The notes under the pieces were generated by a model, which was given only the letters and a program-made list of their open reading frames with translations, searched no databases and had not been told where the DNA came from. This document shows positions 1 through 7,634 of a stretch of DNA of 29,411 nucleotides, piece by piece. The position numbers and the translations under genes are program-made. Each line of letters starts with the position of its first letter. Positions within the stretch are counted from its first letter, which is position 1. This DNA is from Christensenellaceae bacterium (GTDB lineage: Bacteria > Bacillota > Clostridia > Christensenellales > UBA1750), in the NCBI GenBank assembly GCA_031287285.1, contig JAITTC010000267.1:1-29411 (forward strand), read 5' to 3'.

Positions 1-3
1 GCG

Positions 4-450
4 ATGAAACGCATCTATGTGGATGAAAAGTGGTGCCTTGGCTGCCGCTTGTGCGAATACAACTGCGCTTTTGCCAACGCCACATCCGGCAGGGACGATA
101 TGGCCAAAGCCCTGAAAGACAGGGAGATTAACCCGCGCATCCGCATCGAGGAGGGCGGCGGTATCTCTTTTGCGGTTTCGTGCCGCCATTGTGACGATCC
201 TTTTTGCCAAAGGGCCTGCATTTCGGGCGCGCTGAAGTTCGAAGACGGCCAGGTGACCATCGACCAAGAAAAGTGCGTGGGCTGCTATTCCTGCATCATG
301 GCCTGCCCCTATGGCGCCGTGATGCCCTCTGACGGGGTGGCGGTGCAAAAATGCGATTTATGCATGCAAAACCACCAGGGTATCCCGGCCTGTGTGGAGG
401 GCTGCCCAAACCGCGCCATCATCTTTGAAGAGAGGGAGGTTTCCGCGTGA
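4..450 (+). CDS. Multi-[4Fe-4S] electron-transfer protein (DmsB/NrfC/CooF-like), likely partner of a split glutamate synthase
   Basis: Four Cys clusters: CLGCRLCEYNC, CRHCDDPFCQRAC, CVGCYSCIMACP, KCDLC...PACVEGCP. Stop overlaps next start (GTGA). The ATG is at the window edge, so the upstream context is not visible. Confidence 0.88.
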   Translation: MKRIYVDEKWCLGCRLCEYNCAFANATSGRDDMAKALKDREINPRIRIEEGGGISFAVSCRHCDDPFCQRACISGALKFEDGQVTIDQEKCVGCYSCIMACPYGAVMPSDGVAVQKCDLCMQNHQGIPACVEGCPNRAIIFEEREVSA

Positions 451-1685
451 ATTATCTCATCATCGGGGCCTCACATGCGGGAATTGCCTGCGTGGAGGGC
501 ATCCGCTCCCAGGATGCGGAAGGGCGGATCACCCTGCTTTCGAAGGAAGGGCACAGGCCCTATGGCAGGCCGCTGATCTCGTATTATCTAGAGGGCAAGA
601 CGGATCTTGAGCACATTTCGTATAGGCCCGAGAGCTTTTTTGCCGGCCATAAGGCGGAATTGCGCCTGAACACCGAGGTGGAGTCAATCGACGCCTCTAA
701 GAAGATCGTCCGCGCTGCCTCCGGCGAGGAATTCCCCTACGATAAGCTCCTCGTGGCGACCGGTTCGGTGCCCTTCGTGCCCCCGATGGAGGGGCTTGAT
801 ACCGTTGAGAAGAAGGTCGGCTTCCTGAACCTAGACGACGCCCTGCAGCTTGAGGGCCTGATCGACGAAAAAAGCCGCGTGCTCATCATCGGCGCGGGGC
901 TCATCGGCACCAAGTGCGCGGAGGGCATCGCCCACCGCGTGGCTTCGGTTTCAATCATCGAGATGATGCCGCGGGTGCTGCCCGCCGTGCTCGATGAGGA
1001 CTGCGCGGCCATCGTGCAGACCAAAATGGAAGAGAATAACTGCCGTTTTTATTTGGGCGATTCGGTCGAGCTCTTCAAGGGCAATACGGCAAGGCTCAAG
1101 AGCGGCAAAGAGCTGGAGTTTGACGTGCTGGTTCTGGCCGTTGGCGTCCGGCCCAACACGGCCCTTTTGCAGGCCGCCGGGGCCGAGATCGCGCGCGGCG
1201 TGAAGGTCGACGCCCACATGCAAACGAGCCTGGAAGGCGTTTACGCGGCCGGCGACCTCACCTTGAGCCATGACATCAGCGACGGCGGCAGCGAAAAGAT
1301 CCTGGCGGTTCTGCCAAACGCCTACACCCAGGGCTACACGGCCGGGCAAAACATGGCGGGCCTTGCCTCGAGCTTTGAAAACGCCTTCCCCATGAACGCG
1401 GGCGGCTTCTTCGGCCTGCATCTGATCACGGCGGGCAGCTACCAGGGCGAATGCCTTGTTTTGCCCAACGAAGGCGGCATCAAGAAGCTCTTCATCAAGG
1501 ACGACAGGCTCGTGGGCTACCTGCTGCTTGGCGACGTGCGCCGCGCGGGCATTTACACCTCCCTGATCCGGGATCAGATCCCCTTAAGCACCATCGACTT
1601 TGGGCTCATCGCAGAAAAGCCCCAGCTCATGGCCTTTTCTAAGGCCGAGAGGGCAATTATGCTAGCCGGAGGGAAGAGAGTATGA
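447..1685 (+). CDS. FAD-dependent NAD(P)H oxidoreductase (pyridine nucleotide-disulfide family, NirB N-terminal/rubredoxin reductase-like)
   Basis: N-terminal IIGASHAG FAD fold, LLVATGS, NAD-binding IIGAGLIG, VYAAGD. GTG start after GGGAGG. Confidence 0.9.
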   Translation: MNYLIIGASHAGIACVEGIRSQDAEGRITLLSKEGHRPYGRPLISYYLEGKTDLEHISYRPESFFAGHKAELRLNTEVESIDASKKIVRAASGEEFPYDKLLVATGSVPFVPPMEGLDTVEKKVGFLNLDDALQLEGLIDEKSRVLIIGAGLIGTKCAEGIAHRVASVSIIEMMPRVLPAVLDEDCAAIVQTKMEENNCRFYLGDSVELFKGNTARLKSGKELEFDVLVLAVGVRPNTALLQAAGAEIARGVKVDAHMQTSLEGVYAAGDLTLSHDISDGGSEKILAVLPNAYTQGYTAGQNMAGLASSFENAFPMNAGGFFGLHLITAGSYQGECLVLPNEGGIKKLFIKDDRLVGYLLLGDVRRAGIYTSLIRDQIPLSTIDFGLIAEKPQLMAFSKAERAIMLAGGKRV

Positions 1686-2398
1686 CGATTCAGGCAAGCG
1701 GCAAGGTTTTTAGGGCTTTAAACGAAGAGATCAAGGCTTCCCCCGCGGCGGAGCTCACCGTGACCGAGATCACGGGGCAGCGCTACATCGGCGCGGGGCT
1801 CTCGGGCAAGACGCTGACGCTTCAGGGCGTGCCCGGCAACGCGCTGGGCGCCTACATGAACGGCGCGAAGATCTTCGTGGGCGGCAACGCGCAAGACGCC
1901 GTGGGCGACACGATGAACGACGGCGAAATCGTGGTGGCGGGCTCCTGCGGCGATGCGCTGGGCTACGCGATGCGCGGCGGGCGAATCCTGATCAAGGGCA
2001 ACGTGGGCTACCGCTGCGGCATCCACATGAAGGAATATCAAGATAAGGTGCCCGTGATCGTCATGGGCGGCAGAGCTGGCTCCTTCCTGGGCGAATACCA
2101 GGCCGGCGGGCGCATCGTGGTGCTGAACCTGGCCGGCGAAACCCCGGTGGGCGATTTCTGCGCCACGGGCATGCACGGCGGCCGCATCTATGTGCGCGGC
2201 GGCCTTGGCAGCGCGGTGCTGCCAAGCCAGGTCGAGGCAAGGCGCGCAGAAAGCGCGGATTTGGAGCTGATTCGCGGCGATATCGAGGCCTTCTGCTCGG
2301 CTTTTGGCGGCGATGCGGGCGCGATTTTGCAAGAGGAGTTTACACTGCTTAGCCCAAACTCAAAAAACCCTTATAAGCAGCTTTATACCGTGTATTAA
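1682..2398 (+). CDS. Stand-alone GltB C-terminal (GXGXG / FwdC-like beta-helix) protein
   Basis: GQRYIGAGL, GVPGNALGAYMNG, GNAQDAVGDTMNDG, GNVGYRCGIHM, GSFLGEYQAGG, GMHGGRIYVRG repeats. ATGA overlap with the upstream gene. Confidence 0.88.
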   Translation: MTIQASGKVFRALNEEIKASPAAELTVTEITGQRYIGAGLSGKTLTLQGVPGNALGAYMNGAKIFVGGNAQDAVGDTMNDGEIVVAGSCGDALGYAMRGGRILIKGNVGYRCGIHMKEYQDKVPVIVMGGRAGSFLGEYQAGGRIVVLNLAGETPVGDFCATGMHGGRIYVRGGLGSAVLPSQVEARRAESADLELIRGDIEAFCSAFGGDAGAILQEEFTLLSPNSKNPYKQLYTVY

Positions 2399-2440
2399 GG
2401 CTTTTTTGCAGGTCTTTTTGCGCAAGGCCGCAAAAGCGGC

Positions 2441-2469
2441 TTGCATCTTTGGGCAACATCTTTTAAAAT
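2441..2469 (+). promoter_or_regulatory. Sigma-70/A-like promoter for the glnA-like gene
   Basis: TTGCAT (2441-2446), 17 bp, TAAAAT (2464-2469). Confidence 0.6.
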
Positions 2470-2504
2470 GATATGGGCCGAGAGCCCAAAGCATCGTGTT
2501 GATC

Positions 2505-2545
2505 GCCCCGCTCACCCGCCAAAGGCGCGCGGGGCCTTCTATTTT
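2505..2545 (+). terminator. Candidate leader terminator/attenuator upstream of the glnA-like gene
   Basis: GCCCCGC (2505-2511) pairs with GCGGGGC (2529-2535), followed by CTTCTATTTT. It lies between the predicted promoter and the RBS. Confidence 0.4.
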
Positions 2546-2570
2546 GCAAGCCATGAAGGAGGAACCGGCC

Positions 2571-3848
2571 ATGACCGAAAACCCCGGCGCATTCTTGGGC
2601 GAAAACGACGTGAAGTTCATTCGCCTGGCCTTCTGCGATCTGTTCGGCAGGCTCAAAAACATCTCCATCATGGCGGATGAGTTCGAGAACGTGGCGGCCT
2701 TCGGCAAGAGCTTTGACGCCTCGGGCATTTTTGGCTTTGTCGATACCAAGGGCTCGGATCTTCTCCTCATGCCGGATCTGACGACCATGGCGCTGCTCCC
2801 TTGGCGGCCCCAGCAGGGCGGCAGGGTCGCCAGGGTATATTGCGACATCCTGTATTCAAGCGGCGAGCCCTTCGAGCTCGACGGCAGGCGCATCTTAAAG
2901 AACAGCGTAAGGCGCCTCCAGGCGCTGGGCTACACGGCCAAGATCGCGCTGGAGTGCGAGTTTTATCTCTTCAACCTGGGCGACCAGGGCCAGCCCATTC
3001 TGGCCCCGCACGACCAGGCAGGCTACCTCGACTTTGCCCCGCTCGATAAGGGCGAAAATGTGCGGCGCGAGATTTGCCTGAACCTCGAGCAGATGGGGAT
3101 CAGGCCCTCTTCCTCGCTGCACGAATCAGGCCCCGGGCAAAACGAGATCGACCTGCACCGCAGAAGCCCCATCAAGATGGCGGATGCCTACATCGCCTTC
3201 ACGAACGTGGCCAAAACCGTCGCCTCGAGCTTTGGGCTCTACGCCTCGCTCCTTCCAAAGCCGCTGAAAGATAAGAGCGGCAGCGGCCTGCACGTTTCCA
3301 TCGCCCTTGAAAAGGATGGCGAAAACGTCGTCAAGGGCGAAGGGGGCCTGACCCAGGCAGCCCAGGCCTTCATGCAGGGGATTCTTTCGCGCGTGGCCGA
3401 AATCAGCGCCTTTTTAAACCCCCTGCCGGGCTCGTACTCGCGCCTTGGGCGCTTTGACGCGCCCGGTGAAATCTCGTGGTCGAACCAGAACCTGGCGCAG
3501 CTCCTGCGCGTGGCGCAGTCGGGCGGCGACCGCGGCGCCCACATCGAGCTTCGCTCGCCAGACCCTGCCATGAACCCCTACATCGGCTTTGCCCTGCTGC
3601 TGGAAGCTGGCGCCGAGGGCATCGAAAGGCAGCTTACGCTCCTTCCGGAGGGGGAGGTGCTAGGGAGCCTGCCGGGCAGCCTTGAAAAGGCGGTGGCCCT
3701 GGCGCAGGGTTCCGATTTGGTGAAAAGGGCCCTGCCTTCGCGCTTTGCGGAGCCCTTCCTCTCGCACAAGCTCGGCGAATACGAGAGGATGTTCCGCTCC
3801 GGCGACGCCGAGAGCTTCGAGATCGAGAATGACTTCCCCGTGATCTAA
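2571..3848 (+). CDS. glnA: Glutamine synthetase type I-like protein with degenerate catalytic motifs
   Basis: VKFIRLAFCD, FDASG, ECEFYL, HESGPGQNEID, PKP...GSGLH, IELRSPDPAMNPY. Start placed at ATG 2571 after AAGGAGG rather than 2496. Confidence 0.85.
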   Translation: MTENPGAFLGENDVKFIRLAFCDLFGRLKNISIMADEFENVAAFGKSFDASGIFGFVDTKGSDLLLMPDLTTMALLPWRPQQGGRVARVYCDILYSSGEPFELDGRRILKNSVRRLQALGYTAKIALECEFYLFNLGDQGQPILAPHDQAGYLDFAPLDKGENVRREICLNLEQMGIRPSSSLHESGPGQNEIDLHRRSPIKMADAYIAFTNVAKTVASSFGLYASLLPKPLKDKSGSGLHVSIALEKDGENVVKGEGGLTQAAQAFMQGILSRVAEISAFLNPLPGSYSRLGRFDAPGEISWSNQNLAQLLRVAQSGGDRGAHIELRSPDPAMNPYIGFALLLEAGAEGIERQLTLLPEGEVLGSLPGSLEKAVALAQGSDLVKRALPSRFAEPFLSHKLGEYERMFRSGDAESFEIENDFPVI

Positions 3849-3883
3849 ATCGCCTCGCTTAAGGCCGGAAAGGGGGTACTGCT

Positions 3884-4453
3884 TTGACCGGCGGCGCTTT
3901 GCTGATTTCCTCCAGCGAAAAGGGGCGCCTTGCCCTTCGCGCGCTGCTGGAAGAGGTTCGCCTTCCCTCCATCGAAACCGCGGCCTCCGGCAGCGAGGCC
4001 AGGCGTCTGCTCACGAACAGGCCCTTTTCCCTCGTGGTGGTCAATGCCCCCCTGAGCGGCGAAAATGGCTCGGAGCTCGCGCTGTTCGCCGCCTCTACCT
4101 TGGGGCTGGCTTCGATTTTGCTCGTTCGGCAGGAAGAACTCGACGGCGCGGCCGCCTCGATGGGCGATTCCGGCGTGCTGGCCCTTGGTAAGCCAATCAA
4201 CGGGCAGACCTTTTTGCAGGCGGTGCGCCTTGCGCAGGCGGCGCACGCGAAGATCGCCGCCCTGCAGGAAGAAAACCGCAGATTGCTTGGGCTTTTAGAA
4301 GAACAGCGCCTGGTGAACCGCGCGAAGTGGCTGCTGATCGAAAATAAAGGCCTAACTGAGCCGCAGGCCCACCATTTCATCGAAAAACAGGCCATGGATC
4401 AGCGCATCACCAAGCGGCAGGCCGCGCAAGATATTTTGGATTTATATATTTAG
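3884..4453 (+). CDS. ANTAR-domain RNA antiterminator with pseudo-receiver domain (AmiR/NasT/NitR-like)
   Basis: C-terminal LVNRAKWLLIENKGLTEPQAHHFIEKQAMDQRITKRQAA is a typical ANTAR domain. The N-terminal receiver-like fold has LVVVNAP at the phosphoacceptor position. TTG start after GAAAGGGGG. Confidence 0.88.
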   Translation: MTGGALLISSSEKGRLALRALLEEVRLPSIETAASGSEARRLLTNRPFSLVVVNAPLSGENGSELALFAASTLGLASILLVRQEELDGAAASMGDSGVLALGKPINGQTFLQAVRLAQAAHAKIAALQEENRRLLGLLEEQRLVNRAKWLLIENKGLTEPQAHHFIEKQAMDQRITKRQAAQDILDLYI

Positions 4454-4506
4454 GGCTTTGCCCTATCTCATTTTAACGAAGGAATCTTCAAGGAGGACGC
4501 GGGCAA

Positions 4507-6102
4507 ATGGTGAAATACATCTTCATAACCGGCGGCGTCGTTTCCGGTCTTGGCAAGGGCATCACAGCGGCTTCGCTTGGCAGGCTGCTGAAGGCCCGCG
4601 GCTTCAAGGTCAGCGCGCAGAAGCTCGACCCCTACATCAACGTGGATCCGGGCACCATGAGCCCCTACCAGCACGGCGAGGTCTTCGTCACCGAGGATGG
4701 CGCCGAAACGGATTTAGACCTTGGCCACTACGAGCGCTTCATCGACGAGGACCTCAACAAGTTTTCGAACCTGACCACGGGCAAGGTCTATTGGAACGTC
4801 CTCACGAAGGAGCGAAACGGCGAGTTTCTGGGCGAAACCGTGCAGGTCATTCCCCACATCACCAACGAGATCAAGGGCTTCATCCACTCCGTGGCCGAGC
4901 GTTCGGGCGCCGAGATCCTGCTGACCGAGGTCGGCGGCACCATCGGGGATATCGAAAGCCAGCCCTTTTTAGAGGCCATTCGCCAGGTGGCCATCGAGCA
5001 CGGCCGCGAAAACTGCCTCTTCATCCACGTCACCCTGGTGCCCTACATCAAGTCAAGCGGCGAATATAAATCGAAGCCCACACAGCACTCCGTAAAAGAG
5101 ATGCAGGCCATGGGCCTCTTTCCGGATATCATCGTGGCGCGCTGCGACGAGCCCCTGCAAGACGATATCGTGCGCAAGATCTCGCTGTTTTGCAACGTCA
5201 AGCCGGATTGCGTCATCCCAAACATCACCCTGCCTGTGCTCTATGAGTGCCCCATCATGCTCGAAGAAGCAGGCCTTGCGCGCATCGTGCTGCGCGAGCT
5301 CGGCCTGACCAACAGGGGGCCTGATTTGAGCGATTGGTACGACATGCTCGCGCGCATCCGCGCGCGCAGCAAGAATGTCAAGATCGCCTTGGTGGGCAAA
5401 TACATCAAGCTGCACGACGCCTACCTCTCGGTTGCGGAAGCGCTGCAGCACGCGGGCTACGAAAACGCGGCCACCGTCGAGGTCGACTGGATCGACGCGG
5501 AAGAGATCAGCCCTTTAAACGTGGGCGAAATCCTCGGCGGCTGCGACGGCATTTTGGTGCCCGGCGGCTTTGGCGAGCGCGGCATCGAGGGCATGATTTT
5601 AGCGGCGCGCTACGCGAGAGAAAATAAAATCCCCTATCTGGGCATCTGCCTGGGGCTGCAAATCGCGGTGATCGAGTTTGCCCGCCACGTGCTTCAGATG
5701 CCGGACGCAAACTCCCGCGAGTTTGCCGAAAACGGCCTGCGCAGCGTCATCGACCTGATGCCAGACCAACAGGGCAACCTGCCAAAGGGCGGCACGATGC
5801 GCCTTGGCGCCTACCCTTGCCAGATTAAGCCGGGCTCCAAGATGGCGGCTGCATACGGCGCGCCCCTCATTCAAGAGCGCCACCGCCACCGCTATGAGTT
5901 CAACAACGACTATCGCGAGGAAATGACCAAGCATGGCATGGTCTTAAGCGGCCTTTCGCCAGACGGCCGCCTGGTCGAAGCCATTGAGCTGCCGGACCAT
6001 CGCTTTTTCGTGGGCGTGCAGTACCATCCCGAGTTCAAATCCCGCCCCAATCGGGCTCATCCGCTCTTCCGGGCCTTCATCGAGGCCTCGCTCGAGCAAT
6101 AA
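4507..6102 (+). CDS. pyrG: CTP synthase
   Basis: [65 protein letters not shown]. Confidence 0.99.
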   Translation: MVKYIFITGGVVSGLGKGITAASLGRLLKARGFKVSAQKLDPYINVDPGTMSPYQHGEVFVTEDGAETDLDLGHYERFIDEDLNKFSNLTTGKVYWNVLTKERNGEFLGETVQVIPHITNEIKGFIHSVAERSGAEILLTEVGGTIGDIESQPFLEAIRQVAIEHGRENCLFIHVTLVPYIKSSGEYKSKPTQHSVKEMQAMGLFPDIIVARCDEPLQDDIVRKISLFCNVKPDCVIPNITLPVLYECPIMLEEAGLARIVLRELGLTNRGPDLSDWYDMLARIRARSKNVKIALVGKYIKLHDAYLSVAEALQHAGYENAATVEVDWIDAEEISPLNVGEILGGCDGILVPGGFGERGIEGMILAARYARENKIPYLGICLGLQIAVIEFARHVLQMPDANSREFAENGLRSVIDLMPDQQGNLPKGGTMRLGAYPCQIKPGSKMAAAYGAPLIQERHRHRYEFNNDYREEMTKHGMVLSGLSPDGRLVEAIELPDHRFFVGVQYHPEFKSRPNRAHPLFRAFIEASLEQ

Positions 6103-6125
6103 CGCCAGCTAGGAGGGTTTCGCGC

Positions 6126-7304
6126 ATGAAGATCAACTCCAATTTCGAAAAAATGCCCCAAAACTACCTCTTTGCGGAGGTCGGCAAGCGCACGAGCGAA
6201 TACGTCAAGGCAAACCCCGGCAAAAAGGTGCTGCGCATGGGCATCGGCGATGTGGCGGGCCCGCTTGTGCCCGTCGTGGTCGAGGCCATGCAAAAGGCGG
6301 CGGCCGAGCTTGGCCAAAAGAAGAGTTTTAGGGGCTACCCGCCCTATGAGGGCTATGACTTCCTGCGCGAAGCGATTGCCGGCTATTACGCGGGCTTAGG
6401 CGCGCCGATTGACCCGGGCGAGGTCTACGTCAACGATGGCGCAAAGTCCGACGCGGGCAACTTCGGCGACATTTTCGACGTTGACAACGCGGTCCTCATG
6501 CCGGACCCGGTCTACCCGGTCTATCTCGATTCAAACCTCATGAGCGGCCGCCGGATCCTTTACATGAACGGAAGCGAAGAAAACGGCTTTCTGCCCCTGC
6601 CAGACCCCAGCGTGAAGGCGGATATCATCTACCTTTGCTCGCCCAACAACCCGACCGGCGCGGTTTACTCAAGGGAAGAGCTGAAGGCCTGGGTCGATTA
6701 CGCAAACGCCCAGGGTGCGGTCATCCTCTATGATGCGGCCTACGAATCCTTCATCTCTGATCCGGCGCTGCCCCGCAGCATTCTCTCCATCAAGGGTGCG
6801 CGCACTTGCGCGGTCGAGATGTGCTCGATGTCGAAGACCGCCGGGTTCACCGGCGTGCGCTGCGGCTATACCATCATCCCCAAGGAACTCATCCGCGGCG
6901 GGCAGAGCATCGGCGCGCTGTGGCTGCGCCGCCAGGCGACCAAATTCAACGGCGTTTCCTACCCCGTGCAGCGCGGGGCGGAGGCTGCCTTCAGCGAGGA
7001 AGGCTATGCCCAGTGCATGGAGGCCATCGCCTTTTATAAAGAGAACGCGGCCATCATGGGCAAGGCCATTGGCTCCTTCACGAAGTACTTTGGCGGCTCT
7101 CAGTCGCCCTATATCTGGCTCAAGTGCCCAAACGGCCTGAAGTCCTGGGAGTATTTCGACTATCTTCTCAACAGCCTGCAAATCGTGGGCACGCCGGGCG
7201 CGGGCTTTGGCAAGATGGGCGAAGGCTATCTGCGGCTCACCGCCTTTGGCGAGCGCGAGGCCGTGCTCGAAGCCATGGAGCGCATCCAAAAGGCGCCGTT
7301 TTAA
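6126..7304 (+). CDS. dapL: LL-diaminopimelate aminotransferase
   Basis: NYLF, MGIGDV, GYPPYEGY, DGAKSD, DPVYPVY, LCSPNNPTG, SMSKTAGFTGVRCG, PGAGFG..GEGYLRLTAF. Confidence 0.94.
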   Translation: MKINSNFEKMPQNYLFAEVGKRTSEYVKANPGKKVLRMGIGDVAGPLVPVVVEAMQKAAAELGQKKSFRGYPPYEGYDFLREAIAGYYAGLGAPIDPGEVYVNDGAKSDAGNFGDIFDVDNAVLMPDPVYPVYLDSNLMSGRRILYMNGSEENGFLPLPDPSVKADIIYLCSPNNPTGAVYSREELKAWVDYANAQGAVILYDAAYESFISDPALPRSILSIKGARTCAVEMCSMSKTAGFTGVRCGYTIIPKELIRGGQSIGALWLRRQATKFNGVSYPVQRGAEAAFSEEGYAQCMEAIAFYKENAAIMGKAIGSFTKYFGGSQSPYIWLKCPNGLKSWEYFDYLLNSLQIVGTPGAGFGKMGEGYLRLTAFGEREAVLEAMERIQKAPF

Positions 7305-7328
7305 GCCTTTTATTCTGCCATAAAAAGA

Positions 7329-7362
7329 GGAAGCGCCCTGGCGAAAGCGGGCGCTTCCTTTT
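7329..7362 (+). terminator. Intrinsic terminator after dapL
   Basis: GGAAGCGCCC (7329-7338) / GGGCGCTTCC (7349-7358), then TTTT. Confidence 0.75.
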
Positions 7363-7450
7363 GCGTAAATGCTCGCGGCAAAGCGGCAATGGCGTAAAAG
7401 CCGGCTCGGCGCCCTCTTTTTAGCGCAAACGCAGCACTTTGCGGCAGTAT

Positions 7451-7603
7451 TTCCCGGGGGAATTGCAAAGGGGGGATGAAAATCCCCTCTTTGCCCATCA
7501 AAAGGCGCGAAAAGCGCCTTTTTTAATTGAAGGGAGTTTCCCCGCAGGGAAACTCCATCCTCAAAATCAAATCGGGCCCCAAAGCGATCGCTTTGGGGCC
7601 CGA
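7451..7603 (+). other. Multi-hairpin structured element, copy 1 (homologous to 14710-14835 minus)
   Basis: Stems at 7465-7494 (13 bp, one G-T, GAAA loop), 7500-7524 (10 bp), 7533-7556 (10 bp perfect) and 7572-7603 (32-bp perfect palindrome). Linkers TTAATTGAAGGG and ATCCTCAAAATCAAA. Confidence 0.7.
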
Positions 7604-7634
7604 AAAGCAGTCGTTTTAGCTGAATGCGCCGGGT

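Noticed and set aside
4451-4506. B. subtilis-type pyrG reiterative-transcription attenuator (GGGC at 4453)
   Set aside because: No convincing -35/-10 at the correct spacing, the leader is too short, and the stem is only 6 bp.
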